Source of the DNA: an uncultured Actinomycetota bacterium
Lineage (GTDB): Bacteria; Actinomycetota; Actinomycetes; Propionibacteriales; Nocardioidaceae
Direction: 5' to 3'
Assembly (NCBI GenBank): GCA_963788445.1
Contig: CAWBGN010000007.1
Location: 35,550-99,549, forward strand
DNA: 64,000 nucleotides
The position numbers and the translations under genes were made by a program. Position 1 is the stretch's first letter. The number at the start of each line of letters is the position of its first letter. The notes beneath the pieces are model-generated. The model searched no databases. It was not told the origin of the DNA and saw only the letters and a list, made by a program, of their open reading frames with translations. Shown piece by piece: positions 40,700-53,473 of this stretch.

Positions 40700-43600
40700 T
40701 CAGCCGGTGGCCAGCAGGCCGCGGACCACACGGAGGCCAACGGACATCCGGGCCAGGTCCGCGGACTCGTCGCCGCAGATCTCCTCGAGCGTCGCCACCG
40801 CACGGGTGACCACGACGCTGTCGTCGTCCTCCCAGGCGGCGATCCGGGCCGGGGCGGAGTCCTCGGACGAGGTGGCCAGCAGGACCTGGCCGGTGAGCTG
40901 GATGTGCACGGCGTACAGGTCGTCGCGCAGGGCACCGCGGGCCATGGTCTGCCAGCGATCCTCGCGGGGCAGGGCCAGGATCCGCTGCACCATCGCCGGC
41001 AGGCCGAGCCGCTCGCCCAACGCGAAGTGCACGCGCGCCACCTCGGCCGGGTCGAGCTTCTCGCGGGTCGCGATCTCGATGATGCCGAGCAGGGTGTACG
41101 CCGGGTTGAGCACCGCGACCCGGGTGGCGAGGTCCTCGGGAACACCCTGTTCGACCAGCCCGTCGCGGCGCTCGATGAACGCCGTCAGCTCGCGACCGGT
41201 CATCAGGTCCGGCAGCTGCGCTATCACCTGCTGGACCGGCTGCCTGAACAATTCGACGGTGCCCTCGCTGTCGAGCGGCGGTCGCCTGTTGGTGACCAGC
41301 CACCGCGACGCGCGCTCGACGAGCGTGCGCATCTCGAGGCGCATCCGGGTCTGGACGCGGGCGTCGAGGATGTTGTCGTAGGTCTTGAGCTCCTGGCGCA
41401 GGGGCAGGGACGCGAAGATCTCCCGGGCCACGAAGTTGGCGCAGGTGAGCTCGGCAGCCGTGGCCCCGGTCTCTCCCGCCAGGCGCGGCCAGAACGTCAT
41501 GCCGGCGCCGTTCACGAGGTCGTTGACCACCTGGGTCACGATGATCTCGCGGCGCAGCGGGTGGTCGGTGATCTGGGCCTGGAACCCTTCCTGGACCGGC
41601 TTCGGGAAGTACGCCATCAGGTCGAGCTTGAGGTACGGGTCGTCCGGCAGGTCGCTGGCCACCAGCTCGTCGGCGAGCACGATCTTGGTCCAGGACAGCA
41701 GCACCGACAGCTCGGGCACGGTCAGGCCCTCGTCGCGGTCCATACGGCGGCGGACCTGGCGGCTGGTAGGGAGCGCCTCGAGCTCGCGGTTGAGGACACC
41801 CATCCGCTCGAGCCGCTTCATCCAGTCCTCGTGCACGTGCAGCAGTGACGATGCGTTGTAGTCGGCGTTGGCCAGCGCGAGGTTCTGCTCGTAGTTGTCG
41901 GCCAGCACCAGGTCGGCGACCTCGTCCGTCATCGCCGCCAGCAGGGCGTTGCGCTGCTTCTCGGTGAGGTCGCCGTCGACGACCACCCGATCCAGGAGGA
42001 TCTTGAGGTTGACCTCGTGGTCGGACGTGTCGACACCGGCGGAGTTGTCGATGAAGTCGGTGTTCATCCGGCCCTCGTGCAGGGCGTACTCGATCCGCCC
42101 GAGCTGGGTGAACCCGAGGTTGCCGCCCTCGCCGACACACTTGGCGCGCAGCTCGCGGCCGTTGACGCGGATCGAGTCGTTGGCCTTGTCGCCGGCGTCG
42201 GCGTGGGTCTCCTCGGTTGCCTTGACGTAGGTGCCGATCCCGCCGTTCCACAGCAGGTCCACCGGAGCCTGCAGGATCGCCTTCATCAGCTCCGCGGGCG
42301 TCATCGCCGCGACCTTGTCCGCGATGCCGAGCGACTTGCGCACCGCGTCGTTGAGCGGGATCGACTTCAGCGAGCGCGGGTAGACGCCGCCGTCCTCGGA
42401 GATCAGCGACGTGTCGTAGTCCTGCCAGCTCGAGCGCGGCAGGTCGAACAGGCGGCGGCCGCTCGGCGTACGACGTGGCGGCGTCGGGGTTCGGGTCCAG
42501 GAAGATGTCGCGGTGGTCGAACGCGGCCACCAGGCGGGTGTGCTCGGAGCACAGCATGCCGTTGCCGAACACGTCGCCGGACATGTCGCCGATGCCGACG
42601 GCGGTGAAGTCCTCGGCCTGGCAGTCGATGCCGCGCTCGCGGAAGTGACGCTGGACCGAGACCCAGGCGCCGCGGGCGGTGATGCCCATCGCCTTGTGGT
42701 CGTACCCGACGGAGCCGCCGCTGGCGAACGCGTCACCCAGCCAGAAGCCGTAGTCCTTGGCGACCCCGTTGGCGATGTCGGAGAAGGTCGCGGTGCCCTT
42801 GTCGGCCGCAACGACGAGGTAGGAGTCGTCACCGTCGTGCCGGACCACACCCACCGGAGGCACCGTCTCGCCGTCGATGAGGTTGTCGGTGATGTCGAGC
42901 AGGCCGGAGATGAACGTCTTGTAGCAGGCGATCCCCTCGGCCAGCCACGCGTCCCGGTTGCTCGAGTCGGGCAGCTGCTTGCAGAAGAACCCGCCCTTCG
43001 CGCCGACCGGCACGATCACGGTGTTCTTGACCATCTGCGCCTTCACCAGGCCCAGGACCTCGGTGCGGAAGTCGTCGCGGCGGTCGGACCAGCGCAGGCC
43101 CCCGCGGGCGACGGTGCCGAACCGCAGGTGCACGCCCTCGACCCGCGGGGAGTAGACGAAGATCTCGTACTTCGGCCGTGGCTCCGGCAGGTCCGGGATG
43201 ACCGACGGCTCCATCTTGAAGGACATGTAGGGGTGCACGCGGTCGCCATCGGCGGTCTGGAAGTAGTTGGTGCGCAGGGTGGCCTTGATGTGGGTCATGT
43301 AGGACCGCAGGATGCGGTCCTGGTCGAGGCTGGCCACGCCGTCGAGCGCCTGGGTGAGCCGGCGCTCGACCTCGTCGACCTTGGCGACCCGTGCCTCGTC
43401 GCGCGCGTCCAGGCCGCTCTTGCCCGGGTCGAACCGGGACTCGAACAGCTGCACCAGCAGCCGGGTGATGTCCACGTTGTTGCGCAGCGCGTCCTCGATG
43501 TAGTCGAGCGCGAACGGGGAGTTCCCCTGGCGCATGTACTTGGCGTAGGCGCGCAGCACGGTCGCCTGCCGCCAGGTCAGGCCGGCGCCGAGCACGAGCG

Positions 43601-45575
43601 CGTTGAACCCGTCGATCTCGTTGTAGCCGTCCCAGACGGCGCGGAGCGCGTCCTGGAACAGCTCGCGGGCCAGCGCCGGGACGGTCCGGCCGTACCTCAG
43701 GCCGAACTCGTAGATGAACGTCGGCCGGCCCAGGCCCTCGAGCTGGTAAGGACGCTCGTCGACGACCTCGACGCCCATCGACGAGAGCATCGGCAGGATC
43801 TCGGAGAGGGACAGGGCGGGCCCGATCCGGAACACCTTCAGCCGGGCCTCGCCACGTCCGGCGTCCATCTCCTCGTAGAGCGACAGGTCGATCCCCTCGG
43901 CCTCGGTGGCGGTGCCGAGCGCCTCTAGCCGGCCGAGGTCGAAGGACCCGGTGGCGGGGAGGAAGTCCTCCTTGTACGCCTCGGGGAACGAGTCGAGGTA
44001 CTGGCGGGCGAGGCGGGCGCCGGACTCCTCGCCGTAGTCGTTCATGACCGCTGTCGCGAAGTCGTCACGCCACGAGCGGGACGCCTCGGTGAGCCGGCGC
44101 TCGAGATCGACGGTGTCGACCTCCGCGATCACGCCGCCCGTGGGCGGGTGGATCACGAAGTGCACGTTCGCGGTCGTCGACTCGGTGACCCGGGCGCTGA
44201 ACTCGACGGACGCACCGCCGAGTTGTTCCTTGAGGATCGCGGAGAAGCGCTCGCGGACGTTGGTGTTGTAGCGGTCGCGGGGCAGGTAGACCAGAACCGA
44301 GACGTAGCGGCCGTACGTGTCGCGGCGGATGAACATCCGCAGCTGCCGCCGCTCCCGGGCGTGCATGACCGCCTCGGCGATCGGGGCCAGCTCGTCGACG
44401 GGCGTGTGGAAGAGCTCGTCGCGCGGGTAGGTCTCGAGGGTGTCCATCAGCGCCTTGCCGGCGTGGCTGCGCGGGTCGAACCCGATCCGGCGCAGCACCT
44501 CGGCGGCCTTCTCCCGAAGCAGCGGGATCCGGGTGAGCGACTCGGTGTACGCAGCGCTCGAGAACAGGCCGAGGAACCGGCGCTCGCCGATCACCTCGCC
44601 GTTCTCGTCGAACTTCTTCACGCCGACGTAGTCGAGGAACGCCGGGCGATGGACGGTGGCCCGCGAGTTGGCCTTGGCCAGGACCAGCAGGGTCTTCTCC
44701 CGCGCCTTCTGCTTGACCAAGGCGGGCAGCTTCCCGAACGAGGCCGACATGTTCTGGTCGGCACGCAGGATGCCGAGGCCGGTGCCGGGGACCGCGCGCA
44801 GCAGCTCGTCGTCGTTGTCGCGCTCGAGGCGGTACTCGCGGTAGCCGAGGAACGTGAAGTGGTCGGACGCCAGCCAACGCAGCAGCTCGCTGCCCTGCGC
44901 GATCTCCTCCTCGCTCAGCGGGAGCCCGTCGGCCTTCAGCTCGTCGACGATGGCCAACACCTGGGTGTGCATCTTCTCCCAGTCCTCGACCGACTCCCGG
45001 ACGTCGCGCAGCACCTTGAGCAGCGAGTCCTCGATGGCGCCGGTGTCCTCGTCGTCGGGGACCCGGGCGATCTCGATGTGCATCCAGGACTCGCGGATCG
45101 CGTCCGTGGGCGGCACGATCGAGCCGTCCGCGACCGGGGCGACCGCCTGGAGGGCGCCGGTGATGTCGCGGATCACGTCGAACTGCGGGTGGATGACCGC
45201 GTGCACGTCACGCAGCTGGCGGGTCAGCGCCATGGTCAGCGAGTCCACGAGGAACGGCATGTCGTCGGTGACCACCTCGACGACGGAGTGACCGCCGGCG
45301 GTCCAGCCGGCCTCGCTGACGGCCGGGGTGAACACCCGCACCTGGGCGGTGCCCTGCGGGCGGGTGCCGGCGGTCTTGTAGTGCGACGCGAGGGCGCCGT
45401 ACAGGTCGATGTCCGTGCGGTCGCAGACGTCCTCGGGGGCGACGTGCCGGTAGTACGACTTCAGCAGGCTCCCGACGGTGTCTTGGGGCGGTCCCCCACT
45501 CCCCCTCCGAGCCAGGGCCAGATCGATCGCCTTGGCCAGGAGTTCGGACTTTTCACGGTCGAGCGTCGTGGACAC
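40700..45575 (-). CDS. gdh: Large NAD-specific glutamate dehydrogenase (frameshift near 42460)
   Basis: DDMPFLVDS, ARGGLRWSDR, VPVGAKGGF, AADKGTATFSD, GIGDMSGDVFGNG and DNSAGVDTSDHEVN motifs. Confidence 0.93.
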
Positions 45576-45669
45576 AACTCGACCCTAGGACCCGCGGGTG
45601 AGGCACACAACACGCGCCACACCCGTGGGCCGTAGCCACGTCCGTCGAGCCTGCGCGAGGATGACGTTC

Positions 45670-46152
45670 ATGCGCTTCCGACACGAGCTCCTGTACGCCG
45701 CCAGCGCGACCGAAGTCTTCGAGATGCTGGCCGATCCGGCCTTCCGCGAGAAGGTCAGCGCAGCCATGGACGTGGTGTCCGCGGACGTGTCCATCGACCG
45801 CAGCGAGGACGGTTTCCGGCTCACGAACGACCAGGTACAGCGCACCGAGGGACTGCCGTCGTTCGCCAAGAAGATCGCCGGCGAGACCACCCGGGCGATC
45901 CAGGTCGAGGAGTGGCGGGACGCGGCCGGAGGCACCCTGCGGATCGACGCCCCGGGCAAGCCGAGCAGCATCGCCGGGACCATCGAGCTGCTGCCAGCCG
46001 GCGACGGCACCACCGAGGTGGTCGAGCTCGAGATCAAGGTCAAGGTGCCCCTGATCGGCGGCAAGCTCGAGGGACTCCTCGAGGAACACGTCCGCAAGGG
46101 GATGGACATCGAGCACGAGGTCGGCAAGGCCTGGTTGAAGGGCGAACGCTGA
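45670..46152 (+). CDS. DUF2505 domain protein
   Basis: MLADPAFRE and KVKVPLIGGKLE motifs. Confidence 0.85.
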   Translation: MRFRHELLYAASATEVFEMLADPAFREKVSAAMDVVSADVSIDRSEDGFRLTNDQVQRTEGLPSFAKKIAGETTRAIQVEEWRDAAGGTLRIDAPGKPSSIAGTIELLPAGDGTTEVVELEIKVKVPLIGGKLEGLLEEHVRKGMDIEHEVGKAWLKGER

Positions 46153-46634
46153 TGCCCAGGAAACTGCGCCACCAATTGACGTACGACGCCTCGATGGTCG
46201 ACGTGGCCGCGATGCTCGCCGACCCGGAGTTCCGCGAAGAGGTCTGTCAGCAGCAGGGCGTGCTCCGGGCGATGGTCACGGTGGACCCCGACGAGGACGG
46301 CATGGAGGTCACGATCGACCAGGTCCAGGCCGCCGAGGGCATTCCCTCGTTCGCGAAGAAGTTCGTGGGCGACGAGATCAACATCGTGCAGACCGAGACC
46401 TGGTCGTCCGCGACCGAGGGCAGGATCCGGGTGACCATCCCCGGAAAGCCCGGCGAGATGAAGGGCAGCACCCGCCTGTCCGAGTCCGACGGTGTCACCA
46501 CCCACACCGTCGACCTCGACATCAAGGTGGGCATCCCGCTGGTGGGCGGCAAGATCGAGGGCCTGATCGCCGACCTGCTGCTGAAGGCGCTCAAGGTCGA
46601 GAACCGCGTGGGCCGGGCCTACCTGTCCCGCTGA
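46152..46634 (+). CDS. DUF2505 domain protein (tandem paralog)
   Basis: MLADPEFRE and KVGIPLVGGKIE motifs; start overlaps the upstream stop. Confidence 0.85.
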   Translation: MPRKLRHQLTYDASMVDVAAMLADPEFREEVCQQQGVLRAMVTVDPDEDGMEVTIDQVQAAEGIPSFAKKFVGDEINIVQTETWSSATEGRIRVTIPGKPGEMKGSTRLSESDGVTTHTVDLDIKVGIPLVGGKIEGLIADLLLKALKVENRVGRAYLSR

Positions 46635-46786
46635 CCCTCGCGCGTGCCCTCGTGCTGGGCCTCACGATGCTCCGCCCGGCGCCGATGGGCGATGACCAGC
46701 CCGAGCACCACGAACGGCCCGAAGGCGAGCACGAGGGTGAGAGCCTGCTCGATGGGATGCAGGGCGCCCATGTGAAGGGGAATCAT
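46619..46786 (-). CDS. Small single-TM protein
   Basis: MIPLHMGALHPIEQALTLVLAFGPFVVLGLVI followed by a charged tail. Confidence 0.55.
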   Translation of the reverse strand: MIPLHMGALHPIEQALTLVLAFGPFVVLGLVIAHRRRAEHREAQHEGTREGQRDR

Positions 46787-46869
46787 CGGACGCTCATTGT
46801 CGCACCGCACCGCACGGCGTACCCCTGGGACCGCCAAACGCGCTGACCCGTCGACAAGTTTCTGACGGG

Positions 46870-48498
<1,629 letters not shown>

Positions 48499-48544
48499 AC
48501 GGCCGACCATAGCGACCGAGCCGCAGGAGTGCCGAGTCGGCGGC

Positions 48545-48958
48545 TCAGGTCAGGTCGGCGACCAGCCCGGCGATCTCCTGGGTGGCGAACCACGCGAGGT
48601 CGTCGTCCTCCGCCGCGTCGTCGGCCGTGTCGACGTGCGCGGCCGCGACGTTCTTCCACGGCACGTCGGCGGCGACCTCGACGAGGGTCGGGTCGTCACC
48701 GGCCACCGGCTCGAAGGCGGGTACGTCGGCGGCCACCACCGCGCGTCGCGGCCGGTCGTCGCTCCCCCGCATCGCGGCCGAGGCCGCGGCGGCGGCCATC
48801 AGGGCGGCGTACTCCCAGGACTCGTCGTCGGCCTCGGGCCAGGACTCCCGGAGCACGGGAGTCACCGCGTGCGCATGGAACGGCCCCGAGAGCCGGCCCT
48901 CGGCGACCAGGCCGGCAAGCCCGGAGGAGGTGACGGGGACGTAGACCCGGACGCTCAT
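48545..48958 (-). CDS. Conserved actinobacterial hypothetical protein (DUF6912-like)
   Basis: RVYVP..AHAVTP.LRE..EYAAL..RRAVVAADV..LAWFATQE. Confidence 0.75.
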   Translation of the reverse strand: MSVRVYVPVTSSGLAGLVAEGRLSGPFHAHAVTPVLRESWPEADDESWEYAALMAAAAASAAMRGSDDRPRRAVVAADVPAFEPVAGDDPTLVEVAADVPWKNVAAAHVDTADDAAEDDDLAWFATQEIAGLVADLT

Positions 48959-50412
48959 GAGTCGCGGGTCGCCTTCTTCGGCGCGGCCTTCTTGCGACCA
49001 CGCGGCACCTTGGGCCGGGCCCCGGTGGCGGTGTCCATCAACTCGTCCAGCGCCTCGGTCAGGCACTGACCCAGCACATCGACGTCCGGAAGCATGTCGC
49101 GGTCGGCAGTGATGCCGTAGAACACGCCGCCGTCGTACGACGTGACCCCGATCGACAGCGCATGACCGGGCTGCAGCGGGTGGACGGGGTAGGTCTCGAT
49201 CATCCGGGCGCCGGCGGCGTACAGCGGCGACTGCGGCCCGGGCACGTTGGTGATGCTGATCTGGCAGCCGCGGCGCATCTCGTCCGCGGCCACCCGGGAA
49301 CCGATCGCGTGGAACGTCGCCGGGGCGAAGCCGGCGATGCCGGCCAGCCGGTTGGCGGCGACGGCGCGGCCGGTGTCCTTGTGCGCCTGAAACGAGTAGG
49401 ACACCTGGTGCAGGCGCACCACCGGGCTCGGCTCGCCGACCGGCAACGAGACCAGATGAGCGGCGATCTGGGTGCCGAGCGACGTGGCCTCGAGCTCCTC
49501 GTCGATCACGGAGACCGGCACCACGGCCTTGATCTTGCGCAGGCCGGACAGCGACTCCGCCCGGGTCATCAGCCAGGCCCGGAGGGCGCCGGTGACGGTC
49601 GCGAGGATGACGTCGTTGACGGTGCCGCCGTGCGCCTGCCGGATCTTGCGGTAGTCGGCCAGGTCGGTTCGGACCGTCACGAAGAGGCGCTGCTGCGAGA
49701 GCGGCCCCTCGATCGGTGAGACCCGGGGCGCACGGCGGTTGGACAGGACGTTGGCGACGGCGCCGACGCGGCTGCCGGCTGCCTCTGCGGTGCGCAGCAC
49801 CGAGTTGGCGTTGCTGCGCACGGTGTCGAGCACGAGACCGGGGTGCTCCCACGAGTCCTTGACGGCGTCCAGGACCAGGCTCGCCGGCGACGGGTCCCGC
49901 GGCGGCTGCCACCCGTCTTGACCGAGCGGCCTCGGCTCGGCACCCATGTCGAGCAGCACCTGCCCCAGGTCGACGGTGTCGACGCCGTCGACCAGCGCCT
50001 GGTGCGACTTCGAGAGGACCGCCACCCGGCCGTCCGAGAGCCCCTCGACGAAGTAGACCTCCCACAGCGGACGGTGCCGGTCGAGCGGGCGGGAGACGAT
50101 CCGGGCCACCAGCTCGCGCAGCTGGTCGACAGTGCCCGGGCGCGGCAGCGCCGAGCGGCGTACGTGGAAGGCGAGGTCGAAGTGCGCGTCGTCGACCCAC
50201 ACGGGGTTCGCCACGCGGCCAGGCACGAACCGGACGCGCTGGCGGTAGCGAGGGACGAACGAGATCCGGTCCCCGATCAGCTCGATCAGCCGCTCGTAGG
50301 TGAAGCCGGACTCGCCGGGCTCGAAGATCTCGACTGTCGCGTTGTGCATCGGCGTGGACGGCGTCTCCTCAGTGAGAAAACCCAGGTCCCGCGGCCGCAG
50401 CCGCTGGCTCAT
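48955..50412 (-). CDS. Wax ester/triacylglycerol synthase (WS/DGAT)
   Basis: ETPSTPMH, LDRHRPLWE, HQALVDG, TVNDV and TNVPGP motifs. Confidence 0.92.
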   Translation of the reverse strand: MSQRLRPRDLGFLTEETPSTPMHNATVEIFEPGESGFTYERLIELIGDRISFVPRYRQRVRFVPGRVANPVWVDDAHFDLAFHVRRSALPRPGTVDQLRELVARIVSRPLDRHRPLWEVYFVEGLSDGRVAVLSKSHQALVDGVDTVDLGQVLLDMGAEPRPLGQDGWQPPRDPSPASLVLDAVKDSWEHPGLVLDTVRSNANSVLRTAEAAGSRVGAVANVLSNRRAPRVSPIEGPLSQQRLFVTVRTDLADYRKIRQAHGGTVNDVILATVTGALRAWLMTRAESLSGLRKIKAVVPVSVIDEELEATSLGTQIAAHLVSLPVGEPSPVVRLHQVSYSFQAHKDTGRAVAANRLAGIAGFAPATFHAIGSRVAADEMRRGCQISITNVPGPQSPLYAAGARMIETYPVHPLQPGHALSIGVTSYDGGVFYGITADRDMLPDVDVLGQCLTEALDELMDTATGARPKVPRGRKKAAPKKATRDS

Positions 50413-50542
50413 CACGATGCCCTTTCCGTCTCAGTGCGCGGCCCGATCCGGGACCTGTCCCCGACGGGCTTGCTCAACGTGGGATTCTGGCAGAGACGAG
50501 CGCCCGACGGGTGCTCGTCCCATGAGAAGGAGGAGTTCCACG

Positions 50543-50917
50543 ATGCGTCGTACTGCCGCAGTGCTCGCGATCCTGACCTGTGCGATCGCACTCCTGTCCG
50601 GGTGTGGGGACGACGAGCAGGCGGACGATCCGGGTGGCACGACGACCACCGAGACCAAGACCATCCAGATCACCTTCTCCGGTGACACCGTCGAGCCCAA
50701 CGGCGAACGGGTCGAGGTCAAGGCGGGCCAGGAGATCGAGCTCGTGGTCAAGGCCGACAAGCCGGGCGAGCTGCACGTCCACTCGAACCCCGAGCAGGAA
50801 TTTGAGTACGGCGCCGGCACCACGACCTTGACGATGGACCCCATCGAGGAACCGGGCGTCGTGGACGTCGAGTCCCACCACCTCGAGGTCGTGATCGTCC
50901 AGCTCGAGGTCTCCTAA
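50543..50917 (+). CDS. Lipoprotein with a cupredoxin-like, His-containing domain
   Basis: Lipobox LLSGC; ELHVHS and VESHH motifs. Confidence 0.7.
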   Translation: MRRTAAVLAILTCAIALLSGCGDDEQADDPGGTTTTETKTIQITFSGDTVEPNGERVEVKAGQEIELVVKADKPGELHVHSNPEQEFEYGAGTTTLTMDPIEEPGVVDVESHHLEVVIVQLEVS

Positions 50918-50921
50918 CTCC

Positions 50922-52250
50922 GTGTCCCCCGACGGAATCACGCTGGCCCACGGGATCGGCGGGGCCAAGGACCTGCCCATCTCACCCGAGCTAGCGATCG
51001 CGGGCGCGGTCGCGGCCCTCACCGTCTCGTTCACGGTCCTGGCGATCGCCTGGCGCAACCCTCGGTACGACGAGCGCACCAGCGGCCGGCTGGCCCCCCT
51101 GTGGCTGGCGCAGATCGTCGACTCGACGGCGTACCGCCTGGCCTGCCGGGCCCTCGGTCTCGCCGTCTTCCTGTGGGCCGCCATGGCGGCCGTGATCGGC
51201 AAGGACGTGCTCACCAACCCGATCTTCGGCATGTTCTACGTGTGGTGGTGGGTCGGGCTGGTCCCGGCGTCGCTGCTCCTCGGGCCGGTGTGGAAGGCGA
51301 TCAGCCCGGTCCGCACCATCAACGTCGCCTTCGCGAAGCTGTCCGGCAGCGATCCGGACCGCGGAGTCTTCGAGTACCCCGAACGGCTCGGCTACTGGCC
51401 AGCAGCGGTCGGCCTCTTCGCGTTCGTCTGGCTGGAGCTGGTCTATCCGCACTCGACCGAGCTCGGGCCGGTGCGGCTCTGGTGCGCGGTCTACGTGGCG
51501 CTCATGCTGCTCGGTGGTGCGCTCTTCGGCAGCAGGTTCTACGAGCGCGGCGACCCGTTCGAGGTCTACTCCAGCCTGGTCGCCAAGCTGTCGATCTGGG
51601 GCCGCCGGGACGGCCGCCTCGTCGTCCGCAGCCCGCTCGCCAACCTCGACACGACCCCGGTCGCGCCCGGTCTGGTCGGCGTCACCGCCGTGCTGTTCGG
51701 CAGTACGGCGTTCGACTCGTTCAAGGACTCGAACTTCTGGGTCCGCTTCACCCAGGACAGCGACATCTCGTCGGACGTCCTCGACAACGTCGCCCTGCTC
51801 GCGTTCTGCGCGGGCGTCGGGCTGATCTTCGCCGTCGGCACGATGACGACGGGCGTCGGGCCCGGCATCAGGCGTCGGGAACTGCCGGACCGCTTCGCGC
51901 ACTCGATCGTGCCGATCATCGTGGGCTACATCTTCGCCCACTACCTGACCTATCTCGTGGAGTACGGCCAGTTGACCCTGACCCAGGCCTCCGACCCGCT
52001 CGGCAACGGGAGCAACCTCCTCGGCACAGCCGACCTCACCGTGAACTACTGGCTTTCCTTCCACCCGACGTTCCTGGCCAACACGAAGGTGGTCGCGGTG
52101 GTCCTCGGCCACGTGCTCGGCGTGGTGGCGGCGCACGACCGGGCGGTCAGGCTGCTCCCGAGACGACACCAGCTGACCGGTCAGCTGCCCCTGCTGTTCG
52201 CGATGATCGCGTTCACTGTTGGTGGCCTCTACTTGCTGTTCGCCGCCTGA
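50922..52250 (+). CDS. Polytopic membrane protein (His-containing), partner of the lipoprotein
   Basis: About 10 TM helices; AHGIGG, AHYL, SDPLG and GHVLG..AAHD motifs. Confidence 0.75.
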   Translation: MSPDGITLAHGIGGAKDLPISPELAIAGAVAALTVSFTVLAIAWRNPRYDERTSGRLAPLWLAQIVDSTAYRLACRALGLAVFLWAAMAAVIGKDVLTNPIFGMFYVWWWVGLVPASLLLGPVWKAISPVRTINVAFAKLSGSDPDRGVFEYPERLGYWPAAVGLFAFVWLELVYPHSTELGPVRLWCAVYVALMLLGGALFGSRFYERGDPFEVYSSLVAKLSIWGRRDGRLVVRSPLANLDTTPVAPGLVGVTAVLFGSTAFDSFKDSNFWVRFTQDSDISSDVLDNVALLAFCAGVGLIFAVGTMTTGVGPGIRRRELPDRFAHSIVPIIVGYIFAHYLTYLVEYGQLTLTQASDPLGNGSNLLGTADLTVNYWLSFHPTFLANTKVVAVVLGHVLGVVAAHDRAVRLLPRRHQLTGQLPLLFAMIAFTVGGLYLLFAA

Positions 52251-53472
52251 GCCGACCCGGTGCGGGCGCGGCTGCGGCCGCAGGGACCAGTGCGTCCGCG
52301 AGCTCCGCGAGACCCCTGCCGATCGCGGAGTCGCCGCCCTCGACAACGGCCCGCCCGGCCACCAGCGCCTTGTCCACGGCGACGCGGTCCTCGGGGAGGA
52401 AGTGCAGGCCGGTCAGCCGGGTGAACCCCTCGACCATCCCGGCGATGTCCTTCTCGGACCAGCCGAGCGTGGGCCGCATCCGGTTCACCACCACCCGCAC
52501 CGGCGCTCCGACGGTGAGGTCGCGCAGCTCGACCAGGCCGCGGGCGAGCCGGGACAGGCCGACCGGGTCGGCGCTTCCGACCACCACGATCTCGTCGGCC
52601 ACCTCGAGCGCACCGAGCGTCATCTGGTTGCGGCCGGGACGGGATCCGAAGTCGGGGGTCGCGTCCTGCTCGAGACTGAAGCCGGTGTCGACGACGACCT
52701 GCCCGTGGTCGCGGGCGACCTCCAGGAGGTGCTCGACGACGCCTGAGCGGACCTCCACCCAGCGGTCGGCCCGGGGCAGCCCGGTGACGACGGTCAGGTC
52801 GCGGCCGACGGCCCGGCGCACGGAGCCGAACTTCTCCGCGAGCATGCCGCCCGCGGTCAGCCGGGCGGCCGACAGCAGCCCGGAGATCTCGTCGAGGATG
52901 CCGAGCTGCTGGGCGACGGCACCGCCGTACGGGTCGGCGTCGACGAGGATCGTCGGGACCTGCCGCCGGGCCAGCTCGGCCACCAGGCCGGTGGCGACCG
53001 TCGTGCGGCCGGGCGCACCCGCCGGGCCCCAGACCGCGACCACGCGCCCGGCCAGGGCCGGGCTCGGCGTCTCGTCGTCGTCAGCGGGCACGGACGGGCG
53101 GACGACCGTGTCGACCGGCTCCTCACCGGCGGCCACTGCATCGGGAAGGGACTCGAGCTCGTCCTCGGCCACGAGGGAGCGGATGCCGATCCGGGTCGCC
53201 CGCAGGCAGGCAGCATCGAGCGCGGCTCCGCCGGGCACGATCGCGACCGGGCGGACGCCGTACGAGCGGAGGTGATCGACCGCGGCGACGTCGAGGCCGG
53301 GAGCGTCCACGCCGAGCACTGCGACATCGGCCTGGCCGGCACTCGCGGCGGCCAGCAGGTCGTCGACGTCGACGCAACGCTTGAGCACCACGACACCTGG
53401 CCGATCGCCGAGCAGGCCGAGCGCGGTCGACTCCCAGGCGGCACCGGCCGCGACGACGAGTACGACGACCAC
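52213..53472 (-). CDS. Receiver-like plus P-loop (CpaE/TadZ/MinD-like) protein
   Basis: N-terminal pseudo-receiver; deviant Walker A GPAGAPGRTT; LVDADPYGG and VVDTGF motifs. Confidence 0.8.
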   Translation of the reverse strand: MVVVLVVAAGAAWESTALGLLGDRPGVVVLKRCVDVDDLLAAASAGQADVAVLGVDAPGLDVAAVDHLRSYGVRPVAIVPGGAALDAACLRATRIGIRSLVAEDELESLPDAVAAGEEPVDTVVRPSVPADDDETPSPALAGRVVAVWGPAGAPGRTTVATGLVAELARRQVPTILVDADPYGGAVAQQLGILDEISGLLSAARLTAGGMLAEKFGSVRRAVGRDLTVVTGLPRADRWVEVRSGVVEHLLEVARDHGQVVVDTGFSLEQDATPDFGSRPGRNQMTLGALEVADEIVVVGSADPVGLSRLARGLVELRDLTVGAPVRVVVNRMRPTLGWSEKDIAGMVEGFTRLTGLHFLPEDRVAVDKALVAGRAVVEGGDSAIGRGLAELADALVPAAAAAPAPGRLRRRTASRGHQQ

Positions 53473-53473
53473 G

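Noticed and set aside
39081-45575. 2164-aa ORF resembling a GDH-amidase fusion
   Set aside because: A frameshift near 42460 shifts GDH into a stop-free shadow frame that runs into the amidase; GDH has its own C-terminus ending at 40700.
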